DNA from: Centroscyllium fabricii
Lineage: Eukaryota
Direction of reading: 5' to 3'
DNA: 64,000 nucleotides
Assembly: GCA_051313645.2 (NCBI GenBank)
Contig: JBNRSN020000018.1
Location: 37,758,001-37,822,000 of the forward strand
Shown: positions 25,192 through 37,269 of the stretch, one piece after another
How positions within the stretch are numbered: position 1 is the first letter of the stretch
Layout of the letters: every line of letters begins with the position of its first letter
Translations under genes and position numbers: made by a program
The notes under the pieces: model-generated
What the model was told of the DNA's origin: nothing
The model's input: only the letters and a program-made list of their open reading frames with translations
The model's database searches: none

Positions 25192-25548
25192 CAGGTTGAG
25201 CACCGTTAATCGATCAACTTCAGTCGTCCGGAACGAATCCGGCCAACTGGTGCGCGCATGCGCAAAATGGCCGCCGCACTTGGCTGCGCATGCCCAGGCC
25301 TCTCCCCGACTGGTCTGCACATGCGCAATATGGCCGCCGCGCTTGGCTGCGCATGCCTGGGCCTCTGCCCAAACAACTGATGCTTCGGCGAGCGTGTGCG
25401 CAGACCACTCAAAATGGCCGCCGGCGTTCATGGCAGCCATTTGGAATGGTCTGCACATGCGCTCGCTGAAGCTTCAATTGTTCGGATTTTTCAAAAATCG
25501 GGGCCCCGTCCTGGTCCCAGCCGTGCCGGATTAACGGTGTCGGACCTG
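25192..25548. mobile_element. Family A MITE
   Basis: TA-CAGGTTGAGCACCGTTAATC ... GATTAACGGTGTCGGACCTG-TA; several GCGCATGC and AAAATGGCCGCC motifs. Confidence 0.9.
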
Positions 25549-25561
25549 TATTATCCTTGTA

Positions 25562-25828
25562 CAGGAAACTTTTTATCCGGCACTGATGGGACCGGCATGG
25601 TACCGGTTGATCAAAAAGTCCAGATTACAGAGAGGTATACTTACCAAGGTACGAGAACCCCGTACACGACCAGAGGTGCAGGAGCCCCGGTTACACGGCC
25701 ACAGATCCAGGAACCCCGGTTCCATGGCCACTAATATATAGTAAAACTTATCTGAACCTACTCCTGAATTTTGCCGGTTAAGAGAGATTTCCGGATATTT
25801 AGGTGCCGGTTAAAAAAAGAGTTTCCTG
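25562..25828. mobile_element. Family C MITE (TIRs of the Tigger at 20606)
   Basis: TA-CAGGAAACTTTTTATCCGGCAC ... GTGCCGGTTAAAAAAAGAGTTTCCTG-TA. Confidence 0.9.
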
Positions 25829-26134
25829 TAAATGTTTTTTGCACCTTTCCCAGTGCCTGTGTATGCTTTTTGTAATATGGAGACCAGAACTGTGCACAGT
25901 ACTCACTCGGTAAGTGAGAGCTGGAGACTGGAACAAAACAGTGGGATGGTTGACATCAATTGCTATTGGTGCACTGCATGGTGTGGTGCTAAGGACGTAC
26001 AGGCCTTGAGTGTTCACGTGCCATATCTGGGCTCTGCTTAGTTATCTGATCTCACTGGGGCAGCAGTTGTGTGTTAGTGTTGTTCAATGGGTCTGGGCTG
26101 TTTTTTTTAATTTTTGTTCTCTGGCTTCTAGCTA

Positions 26135-27420
26135 TGATGTGGAGGTGCCGGTGTTGGACTGGGGTGGACAAATGCAAGAAGTCACACAACACCAGGTTAT
26201 AGTCCAACAGTTTTATTTTAAATCACAAGCTTTCGGAGCGTCTGCCCCTTCGTCAGGCGAAGTGTCAAGATTCATTTAAACATAGCAAATATATAGAGAG
26301 AGAGAACAATGTGGTCTCTCCAGCTGTTTCACATCACACCTCAGCTGAGGGACATCAAAGCAATCAAAGGTGTTCTAACATATCAGTCAGCCTGAGATCA
26401 AAGGGTGCAGTCACAAAGGGTCAAACGTTACAGTCTGCTGTCCTTGAAAATCCCACAGAATGATTTTTAAAAACAAGGATTTTTCTTACTGAAAATCGCA
26501 GAACAAGCCAAAGATGGTTCGAGTCTGGATGACTCTACATCAGGCGGGGTCACATGTAGCGCGACATAAATCCAATATCACGGTTGAGGCCGTGCTCATG
26601 GGTGCGGAACTTGGCTATCAGCCTCTGCTCAACGATTTTGCATTGTCGTGTGTCTCGAAGGCCACCTTGGAGAATGCTTACCCGAAGATCGGAAGCTGAA
26701 TGTCCTTGACTGCTGAAATGTTCCCCGACTGGGAGGGAACACTCCTGCCTGGCGATTGTTGCGCAGTGCCCGTTCATCCGTTGTCGTAGTGTCTGCATGG
26801 TCACGCCGATGTACCATGCCCCGGGGCATCCTTTCCTGCAACGTATGAGGTAGACAACATTGGTCGAGTTACATGAGTATGTACCATGTACCTGGTGTGT
26901 TGTGTCCTCACGTGTGATGATGGTATCTGTGCTGATGATTTGGCACGTTTTGCAGAGGTTGCTGTGGCAGGGTTGTGTGGTGTCGTGGTTGCTGTTCTCC
27001 TGAAGGCTGGGTAATTTGCTGCGAACGATAGTCTGTTTGAGGTTAGGCGGCTGTTTGAAGGCGAGTAGTGGAGGCATGGGGATGGCCTTAGCGAGGTGTT
27101 CGTCGTCATCGATGACATGTTGAAGGCTGCGAAGAACATGGCGTAGTTTCTCTGCTCTGGGGAAGTACTGGACGACAAAGGGTACTCTGTTGGTTGTGTC
27201 CCGTGGTTGTCTTCTGAGGAGGGCTATGCCATCATCGTGGGGGATACTGGTGTAGAGACCAGTATCTACACCAGTATCCCCCACGATGACAGCATCGCTG
27301 CGACAGCTTCAGTACTCAACACCAACAACAGCCAATCTCCAGACATCATCCTACAACTCATCCGCTTGTGATTTAAAATAAAACTGTTGGACTATAACCT
27401 GGTGTTGTGTGACTTCTTGC
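26135..27420 (-). mobile_element. Penelope retroelement, internally deleted, with inverted partial pLTR
   Basis: ORF 26550-27284 (-): RT remnant LYTSIPHDDGIA fused to GIY-YIG (VVYLIRC..WYIG..LRQRMNGH). TSD-like tggcttctagct / tggattctagct. Confidence 0.9.
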
Positions 27421-27706
27421 ATGGATTCTAGCTGTAATACTGTTGGTGATGGTGCTCTAAGGAATTCCAGGACTTTGATACAATGAAGCTATCCATCCTA
27501 GCCAGAATGTTGTGTGGCTTATATGGGAACTTGGTGATGGAGGAAGGAAAAAAGAAGTTGTGAAAGGTGCCAGTTTTGATTCCTATCTGGTAACCCCAGC
27601 TGGAAGGTGCACGTGTATGCAAGGACAGGAGCAGGCTTTGCTGTCATGCCCTCCATAGTTAAATAGCCATATTTGATTTGCCATTTCAAATAATGTATGA
27701 GAAGTA

Positions 27707-28096
27707 CAGGTTGAAGACCGTTAATCCGGTAACCGAAAAGCCGGCAACTTCAGTCATCTGGCATAAATTGCCCCGACAGCCCTGCGCATGCGCAAAATGG
27801 CCACCGCGATTGATGCTTCGGCGAATGATCTGCGCATGCGCCACCAAACGGCGGGCGCATGCGCAGATCATTCCAAATGGCCGCCGGAAGTTTTGAAAGG
27901 TTTGCGCATGCGCCCGCCGTTCGGCGCATGCGTAGATCATTCAAAATTTTGCGGCGGCCATTTCCAATGTTCTGCGCATGCGCGCAGCCATTTTGAATGG
28001 CGCGCACGCGCACTGGACGACTTCATTCTTACGGCTTTTTCACTATACCGGCGCGGGCCTGGTCCCGCCCGTGCCGGTATAACGGTGTTTAACCTG
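27707..28096. mobile_element. Family A MITE
   Basis: TA-CAGGTTGAAGACCGTTAATCCGG ... ATAACGGTGTTTAACCTG-TA; about six GCGCATGCG motifs. Confidence 0.9.
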
Positions 28097-28298
28097 TACG
28101 CGAATGTTGCATTTACAACAGTACCGTAGCATAATTGAGAAGTGGTTTCATTTTGCACCAGTGCTAACAAGTTGCAGTGTAACTGTGGAATTGCATCCAC
28201 TGACTTGACTCCACAGGGAAGTGGAGTGAAACTTTTTCCTCCTGGTCGTCTCTGCAGGGTCAAGTTGGTCCTCGAGTCTGGATTTATGCTGCAACTTT

Positions 28299-28511
28299 GA
28301 TAAATTGACCCTTAGTGTTAGGGGGATTGAACGTGTGGGGTTACGGGGATAGGGTGGGATATGTGTTGATGCAGGCTCGATAGGGATCGAGGGAGAGGGC
28401 AGGGGCGGGGTACTGTGTTTGCATGATCAGCCATGATCTCATTGAATGGCGGAGCAGGCTCGAAGGGCCGAATGCCCTACTCCTGCTCCTAGTTTCTATG
28501 TTTCTATGTTT
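28299..28511 (+). mobile_element. HE1-like SINE 3' half
   Basis: Matches the 3' half of 9992-10401. Confidence 0.85.
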
Positions 28512-29152
28512 ACCATTGGTACAAACCAAAACCGCTAATCATTCAACGTTAAGAGTTGTAGAGCAAACGCAGCTTAAAATTGACCTTGCGTAACGAACAG
28601 TTGCAGTTAGCCACCTCACTCTTCTCTTCCCCTTCCCTTTAAAAAGGAATTCCTGTGAGCTGAGTGTAATTACACATCGGGAAGTAAAAACTTCATCTCG
28701 TGCTGCATTTGCAACCTGATGATAAGGATATAGCAATTTAGACCAGTGATTCGATCAGTATCTCCCAGGTGCTAGATGCTTTCTTGATGCAGACCATAGT
28801 CTGACTAGCAGTTAGCTGGAGCTCTGTGAAGCATTTTACAGCATGCACAAAGCACTGCTCCTTAACTGGGAGATGGCCTTCATGTCCTCTGGCCATCAGG
28901 AGCTGGCACCCAAAACCACTTCTCATTGACATGAAAGTGACCGTGTAACTGCAGCCTTGTATGAGTAATACAAACAAAACAAACCTGGATAGGGTGAGAG
29001 AAGTGTTTAATTCTGACCTTTGTTGAAAGAAAGAACTTGTGTTTCTGTTGCGCCTTTCACGCCCTCGGGGCGTCCCAGAGTGCTTCACGGCCAATGAAGC
29101 ACTTTTGCAGTGTAGTCACTGTCGTAATGTAGGAAATTGTATTGTTACTAAG

Positions 29153-29280
29153 GAGGTGAATTTCTGCAGAGGTTCTCCGTACCTCTGATGGAAAAGCCAC
29201 AGGAACCCTGGGAAAAACACTGGGAAAGTCTAGCAAAGTTGTGGCAGACAACCGGGAGAACCCCTGTGAAAATTAATCTC
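29153..29280. mobile_element. Small old MITE
   Basis: Imperfect TIR gaggtgaatttctgcagaggttctcc / ggagaacccctgtgaaaattaatctc. Confidence 0.5.
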
Positions 29281-29890
29281 ATAAATCTTTCAGACCTGGA
29301 GATAGCTGCGAAATTGCTGTTGAATCGTCCCTGACCTCTTGTTTCATAATTTCTGACACTCCCAACAAAAAGCTTCATATTGTTGTCGACTAACTAGGAT
29401 GAATGTTCTTCTGTTCACTGCCCCTGATCTGCTCTTCAACAGTGTAATATCCTGCTCGCTCTCTCTCTCTCTCCTTCCCCCCGCCACACACACACACATA
29501 CCACATGCACTAATGTTGCTCTTTGTTATGAAATAAATAATGGAAATTTTGCTATTTCCCCAAACTCTGACTTTTTCTGTTGGAGTATTTCAGTAATGAC
29601 CTTGTCTGGAAAAGAGAGAAGAGCTGTCGGATTGCATGATGGCCTTATTTCGGTATGCTAGCTTTGTGTGGTGGCGACAGTATTTTAAATGATTAACAAG
29701 GCTTCAAATGTGTTTGGACGTGACAGTGCTGTTTTAATAAGAGAATGAGCATGGCTCAAATGTACCCGAATGTTGCGTTACATTTTTAAATTGGTTCTGT
29801 TGCATGAATTAATTTAATGTGCTGTGTTGGCTGACATAAAAAGTCCTTCCCCAAGACATTTTCTTTTAGTCCACTGCTGAATTTTTTTAA

Positions 29891-30120
29891 TGATGTGGAG
29901 GTGCCAGTGTTGGACTGGGGTGGAGAAATGCAAGAAGTCACACAACACCAGGTTATAATCCAACAGTTTTATTTGAAATCACAAGCTTTCGGAGCGTAGC
30001 TCCTTCCTCAGGTGTTTAAGAGTTGAATCTCTCAAACACCTGAGGAAGGAGCTATGCTCCGAAAGCTTGTGATTTCAAATAAAACTGTTGGACTATAACC
30101 TGGTGTTGTGTGACTTCTTG
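29891..30120. mobile_element. Penelope pLTR head-to-head hairpin with a hammerhead on each strand
   Basis: ~90-bp near-perfect inverted arms centred at ~30025; CACCTGAGGAAGGAGCTATGCTCCGAAAGCTTGTG; TSD-like gaattttttt. Confidence 0.9.
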
Positions 30121-30856
30121 AATTTTTTTTAAACCATTAAGTTTTTCTGTTGCAAAGTGCTGCCAAATTGATTTAGGTTTGCAGTTGTCCCTTCAACTCT
30201 GCCTTCAGTTGATGCATCTTGAGAAAAATTACTTGTTTGAGGCACAACCAGTGGTCATTTAAAAAAAAAAAAAAAATCAGAATCACCAGTCTGCTGCTTA
30301 CAGAGGCTTCCGGATTCATTGCATTTCCAGATTGCCAAAGGAAATGACTGCACTAATGGGAAGATTCACTCTTAACAGAGACACCTGATGAGCCAGCACC
30401 TTGCAAGGCGAGAGGAGGATTGTGCAGAGGTTGCAGGCTGTTTTGTTAACTGCGTGCTTTAAAGGAACATGATTTAAAAATTGTGCAGCTATTTATGTAT
30501 TCAAATATAATGTAGACTGAGCTAATGTCAGTGGTGAATTGGAATATAATTTTGACTGTGCAGGAGGCTGGTAGTTAATGGTATTTTGATTCAGTTGATA
30601 CGAAATTGTAACCTCATTCTCCTCACCTTGAAAAACACATCCCTATTTCGCTGCGGAATGCTTTTTATATTACTGTGAACATACTTTTCCTGTAACTACT
30701 GTGGCTTCACAGAAACATTGAAGTAAATAAATATAATTGAATGCAGGCAGGTTAAATAGTTGCAGCATTTTGCAACATGTTTATAACCGTGACTGACTGT
30801 AAAACCCAGGGGATGCAAGAGGGTAAACAATCCCTTGTAAAGCTCCAGCACTATAT

Positions 30857-31654
30857 GGGGGGGCATTTTCATGTCCCCGTGAGGCGGGGTTTTCGGCGGC
30901 CTGGCCGGCAGAATAGCGGAACCGGCAGGTCCCGCCCTCCCCCGCTGTATCCCCGCCGCTTTCTCATTTTCGCCCGTCCAGATTCCCAGCCCCGAAACCT
31001 TCCTGCCGCCGACCGGCAGGGATGGGTTGTCACCTCGTTAAGGGCCCTTAATTGGCATCTTTAATGCCAATTTAAGGGCCCTCGGCCATTTTGCCCTGTT
31101 TCCCGCCCTAACCACGCCACCCTAAACCCCTTTGCACAGCGCTGGTCATTACTTTTGGACTATAACCTGGTGTTGTGTGACTTCTTGCATTTATTACTTT
31201 CTCCTTCAAGGTGTGAAGGACATGCTGCCAAATGCTTGGCATGCCTCCAGCACCTTCGAGGAGTAAGTAACTCCGTTCTGGCTGCAGCAGCAGCTGTGAG
31301 CAGAAACTGAGCAATCTCAGCTCTGAACATGTCCTCACAGCCTCTGCGAGCTGTGAGGGATTCTGAGCCCGCCCGCCCACCTGTCAGTCACCAGCACTTG
31401 GCCTTTCCCATTGGCTCCACTCCACTGTGATGTCACAGTGGAGTGTTTCCATGGGAACTAACAACAACCAGTGCTGGAACTGTCGATGCAGCCCGACTCG
31501 ATTGACCTAATTACCTCCCGCTGCCGCCAACGGGGATTTAACAACCTAATTAAACTAAAATTGCGTGGCCTTCTCAGCTGTTTGGGCAGGCGGGACCGGA
31601 AGCCGCCCAGACCAATCCCCACCAGGTTCCCGCCCTTCCGGCAAAATCCCCCCC
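30857..31654. mobile_element. GC-rich Harbinger-like non-autonomous element (sister of 15121-15936)
   Basis: GGGGGGGCATTTT / AAAATCCCCCCC termini; TAT(AT) on both flanks. Confidence 0.75.
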
Positions 31655-31751
31655 TATATCTGATTAAAAAGAACTGGCGACATCGCCTGAGAGTAGCTGA
31701 CCAGAAAAAGAATGGCAGATATGGACCCATGTCCCATCATTCCCTGTGTTA

Positions 31752-32147
31752 GGAACATAAGAACAGGAGGAGGCCATTCAGCCCCTCGAGCCTGTTCTTC
31801 CATTCTATGAGATCATTGATGCTCTGTATCCCAACTCCATCCACCTGCATAATCCCCTAATACCCTTGTCTAGCAATAACCTGTTGATCTAAGATTTAAA
31901 ATTATTAATTGAGCTAGTATCTGCTGCTTTTTGTGGGAGAGAGTTCCACACGTCTAACACCCTTTGCGTGAAGAAGCGTTTCCTAACTTCTCTCCTGAAT
32001 GGCCAGGTTCTGAGTTTTTCTCCATCTATCCTATCAAGTCCTTTGAAAGTCCTTAGAAACCTCAAACAAATCACCCCTTAACCTTCCAGATTCCAGGGAA
32101 TACAAGCCTAGTTTATGTAATCTCTCCTCATAATCTAACCCTTCGAG
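31752..32147 (-). mobile_element. CR1 3' fragment
   Basis: Minus ORF RKRFFTQRVLDVWNSLPQKA plus CR1 tail. Confidence 0.8.
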
Positions 32148-32649
32148 CCTTGCACGCTGCGGTCTTCCCGAGTCTGGCCCTCCCTTGCGCCCCTCGGCAA
32201 AAACCCTTGTAAACAACCACACAAGCTTTGGTGTGTTTCAAAGCTATAATGTGCCTTGGGGTCAGATGAGGAAGTTCAACTCGTGTTATTTTTGCCATTT
32301 GAACTTCTTGTGCGCTGGCTTTTATTTGTAATTTTTGATTAATCTGAGGTTTTGCACATTGAGATGGGGGGAGAGTCCTGATGCATCCATGCAGTAAGTA
32401 ATTGTCCTATAATAAAAACAGAAAATGCTGAAAACACTCAGCAGGTCAGGCAGTATCTGTGCAGAGAAAAGCAGAGTTAACGTTTTAGGTCAATGATACA
32501 ACATAATTCTTCTATGTTACAACACCTGGTGGCCATGGTGTCCAGATTTATTTTTAAAAATGGGTTATATGTGACCCATTCTGAGTCTGCATGAAGTCTG
32601 GTAAGTTTCCTGAGCAGCGACTGAACTTCTGCGTGCATAGTTTAATTAC

Positions 32650-33294
32650 AACGCAAAATCGTCGAGCAGAGGCTGATTGCCAAGTTCCGCACCCATGAGC
32701 ACGGCCTCAACCGTGATATTGGGTTTATGTCACGCTACATGTGACCCCGCCTGACGTAGAGTCATCCAGACTCGAACCATCTTCGGCTTGTTCTGCGATT
32801 TTAAGTAAGAAAAATCATGGTTTTAAAAAAAATCATTCTGTGGGATTTACAGCAGACTAACATTTGACCCTGTGACTGCACCCTTTGATATGTTGGAAAA
32901 TCTTGGACTGCTTTGATGTCCCGCCTGACGTAGAGTCATCCGGACTAGGGACATCTTTGTCTTGTAAGGAAATTCCCTTTTTTTAAATCATTCTGTGTGT
33001 TTTGCAGCATTTGACCCCCCTTGTGACTGTGCCTCATTGCTCGCAGACTGAGGTGTTAAAATATGTTAATATGCCTTTGTGTGCTCTCTGTCTCTGCTAG
33101 GGTGAGATGTGGAAGAGATCGGATTTCTCCCTTCCTCCGATATGTGTGATCTTTAAGTCAGTCTCTCTGTCCACCTGAGGAAGGAGCAGTGCTCCGAAAG
33201 CTTGTGATTTAAAATAAAACCGTTGGACTATAATCTGGTGTTGTGTGACTTCTTGCATTTGTCCACCCCAGTCCAACACCGGCACCTCCACATT
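32650..33294 (+). mobile_element. Penelope 3' fragment
   Basis: ORF end IVEQRLIAKFRTHEHGLNRDIGFMSRYM*, pLTR with hammerhead at 33172-33206, TSD agtttaattac. Confidence 0.9.
33172..33206 (+). ncRNA. Minimal type I hammerhead ribozyme (Penelope)
   Basis: CAC-CUGAGGA-A-GGAGC agu GCUCC-GAAA-GC-UU-GUG: core boxes, stem II, palindromic stem III, CAC/GUG stem I. Confidence 0.75.
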
Positions 33295-33399
33295 AAGTTT
33301 AATTACTGGTATTGCTCCTGCCCTTCAACAGTATGAGCAAGTCTTAGTAACAGAAATAAATGTACAGAAGATGGCAAACAAATAAAGATGGTGTAGAGA

Positions 33400-33822
33400 G
33401 AGAGTAGAGGAGCTGGGATTGTTCTCATTGGAGCAGAGAACGTTACAGGGAGATTTAATAGAGCTACTCAAAATGATGTGGGGTTTTGATCAAGTAAATA
33501 AGGAGGAACTCTTTCTGCTGGCAGGAGGTTCGGTCACCAAAGGACACAGACTTAAGATAATTGGCAAAAAAAGCCAGAGGGGAGGAGAGATTTTTCTTAT
33601 ATGCATTGCGTTATGATCTGGAATGCACCACCTGAAAGAGTGATGGAAGCAGATTCAATAGTAACTTTCAAAAGGGAATTGGATATATGCCTGAAAAGGA
33701 AAAGAAATTCTGGACTATGGGGGGGAGAGCAGGGGAGTGGGACAAAATTGGAGGGCTCTTTCAAAGAACTAGCACAGGCAGGATGGGCCGAATGGCCGCC
33801 ACCTTTGCTTTAAGATTCTATG
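33400..33822 (+). mobile_element. CR1 3' fragment
   Basis: FSLEQRTLQGDLIE...WNAPPERVMEADSI. Confidence 0.75.
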
Positions 33823-36800
33823 TTGCAATTCAAGAGCACATCTGCATCTAAGACTAAATAGAGCAAAGTGTGTTGATATATTAATATGCCACAGGGGCAT
33901 GGGATAGCGGTTTAAGCCTATGATTCCCCTTGTAATAAGTTTACAGTTTCAGGTGAGCTGCGAAAGGGGTTGCCTTCCTGCTTTCCAGCTTGAGGCAGTG
34001 ATCGATAGCTGGATTTTAAAATTTGTGTCCTTGTGTTCAAATCCCTCCATGGCCTTTCGACTCCCTAGCTCTAACCTCCTCCAGCCCCACAACCCTTCGA
34101 GATCTCTGTTTTCCTTCAACTCTGGCATCTTGTGCATCCCCCACTTCCTTTGTCCCACCATTGGCAGCCGGCGATTCAGCATATAGGCCCGCAGCTCTGG
34201 AATTTCCTCGCTAAATTTCTCCACCTCCCTTTTAAGACCCTCCTAAAAACTACCTCTTCAACCAATCTTTTGGCCACCCATCCGAATATCTCCCTCTGTC
34301 GCTCGGTGTCAATTTTTATCAGATTATTCTGCTGTAACGTGCCTTGGCTGTTTTCCTATAAAGGCCCTATATAAATACAAATTGTTGTGTGATGGGGTGG
34401 GGAGGTGAGTCAGTGGTGTAAATGGCTGCACCATGTCTCAGTGGGGTGGGGTTGATAAACCAGGTGATCTTTTCTCTGTTCTTTATGTTTTGTACATATT
34501 TTAACAGTTTAAAAAAACATTTATATTATGAGACTAGCTATGATGGACTCCAACTGTTTGGTATGTAACCAACTGTCTCGCTCTTGTGTTCATGATTAGC
34601 CGGAATTAAATGCACAACTATATTATGAATCTGAAAACTGCGTACATCATTTTTGTGCTTTTATTCTTGCATTGGGAATTAGGTGTATTATGATAGAGCC
34701 GGGACCAATAAGAGTAGGGATTTTACGCTATTGTGTTTGAAATGCCAATCTTGAGTTTTATTAACATTCTCTTTGTTAGTGGGTGTGCTGTGTGTTTACT
34801 GGGAGACTATGATATCCTACGGCAATGAATCTCGAGAAATAACACTTCCTATGAGGTGGGGGGGGGGGGCGGTAGGTGGGGGAGTTGATGAAAAATTGAA
34901 ATGCTGATTTGTGCAGTTGATTTCTTGCATCCCTTGATAATGGGAGAGTGAAGAGGCGCTGTAGAGAATAGCAGCCGCATGTTCTGTTCAGCTGGTGTAT
35001 TGTGAGATAATAGCATTAATGTAATCACAGAATCAAGCTTTGACTTGTGTTATAAATCACTGTAGCCTAAACAGCTCTCTTCTGAAGTAGCATTGAAACT
35101 GCATTGAGAGGGCAGTTTTGCTTATGCTTATCAATGCTCATGGTTGGCATGGAAACAGTGCAATTCCATTGCTTCTGACGCTAGAACTTGAATACTAAAT
35201 TTCAGACATTTTGAACTTGAGCAATCAGTGGTTGATTACTTCAGTTTGTAGATCCTGGTATGAAATGTGCAGATCAAAATATATATCCCGTGTGGTGTAG
35301 TACAAAGCTATGCAGACCAGAACCCTTCCAATCTGATTCCACTCCAAGGTTAACCAATCTCTGGTCAGGGCTGTGGTAGGGGTGCGGCAACTATCCTTGG
35401 TGTCGCTGGATCTAGGAAGGAGAAAAATCAGCCACTCCCGATAGCTATCCAGCTATCCCTGTCCCTTCATACATGGACAGGACTGGATTCAACTGCGGTA
35501 CTTCATTAGCTTGCTGTCGAGGTTTCTGTAAGAAAAATGTCCACTTGGGAGGGATGCTGCCAAGGCCCGTGGAACTGTATCTCTGCAAGAATTGGTATCT
35601 TCAGGAGACGAGTGGAGAAAATTAGCCAAAGAAAGTGTCAAAGTGTCTGGCTCAAAAAAGGATTGATTAAACTGTTCTCCTTGCTCGAGAGAACTTTGTT
35701 TTGCATGGCTCCTGAACATGTGTCATTTGTGTTTGATTTGTCAGAGTTGCTTCTTTGATGGCAGCAAGGCCACACAGCTGGCGTAGGGTGCAGTGTGAAA
35801 GGCGGGGAATGTTTCTATGTCTCCCCTTTATTCCTGGTTTGGGATTTGTACGAGCCATGTTCATGAGTTAACCATCAGACTCGGAATGGTGCATGCTGTG
35901 CAGAATCCAGACAAACTGGAATTAATTCAAAGAACGTGGTCTTGCTCATTGTTGCACGTGTTCTCTGGTTGATTGTCAATTGGATGGTGGAAATTGTAGT
36001 TCAACGGGAAAGATCCAATTCATCTTGGTGTAATGGTAAAAATATTTTTTATTGCAAACAAATTGTGTGGGGGCAAACTGGGTGTTCAAAGCAACGTGCT
36101 CCTTCAAGCTTTTATGCATTCCCTGTGTTGAGCGTGTGCTCAGTAAAGTAGTAAGGCACGTCTTTGGAGCCAAGGACGATGCTGATTATGAAGTGAATCC
36201 ATTTATAGAAGTTATGGACCTGTCACAGATTTGAAAGAATGTTGCTTGTGAATAGGCTGAAAATCAAAGGGTCAAGTGAGATGGCAGTGGATGGATGATG
36301 CGAGCAGCTGGACTGGGAAGTTACCTAATGGCAACGCAGTCAATCTGTGGCAATAAACCATCAAGAGGTGTAGCAGAGGTGGAGCCCCTTATGGTCAGAC
36401 AATAGCTAAAGGACAATATGATGAATTGTAATTTGGTGCTGTACCTCTCAGCTAGCATATTTAATGATGATTGCAAAGCTGAAAGTTATCTCGGACTGGA
36501 TGTTACTTCATAAACTATGTCCCCTTTTGGGTTCTGAATTGCTCATTGCTATTTATGACTGGACAGTCTGTGTGCACTTTCTTATTTTAATAGATCTTGG
36601 GATCAATGCATTTTAACCCCCACAATTGTATTAATGTCTAGGCTTGAGGGATTGCACAATCTCCTGCTGATGATAGCTGGTGAATCCCCAAGAGAATCAA
36701 CGGTGCAAAATAACCCACAGATATCAAGCTTCATAACATTTGAGAGGGTTCATTCTTTTTGTAGGCATCCAGAAAATCAACTTTTTTTTTTTAAATGGCC

Positions 36801-37269
36801 CACGTTTTTTTCCCCATTTCCCTACCTTGGCTTTTCTGTATTGTCTGAGATCGAGTTGTAATTTGCTCGAACTCTCTTCACCTTATGTCTGGAACTGGAT
36901 AGCAGGAACTGTGTGAAGATCGCCTACGATTGACTCGTTGCCACTTGCCTGCAGTGTTGTCAGCTGAGAATTGCAACTTCATACACAGTTGGTGGGGGCG
37001 GGGGGGTGGTGGCAGGCAGATTGAAGCTCAGTGTGTGCTGGAAGTAAAATTGCAGGCTGGAACCCACTCTGGGGTGCAATAGTCCTACCCCCTATTCTAG
37101 TTCTGTTCAGATTGTTTGGAGAGTGAGCTCTCATCTCTGTCTAGGCCATATGGAAACTGAATGTTAGAATAGAAATGATGCACTGATCCAGCAACAACAT
37201 CAACTTCCATTTATATAGCACCTTTCACATAATAAAACGTCCCACGGCGCTGCACAAGAGTCTTATCAA

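Larger units (their letters stand above)
24780..25905 (-). mobile_element. CR1 3' fragment split by two MITEs
   Basis: Minus ORF RRNFFTQRVVRMWNLLP; the CR1 sequence is continuous once 25192-25548 and 25562-25828 are removed. Confidence 0.8.
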
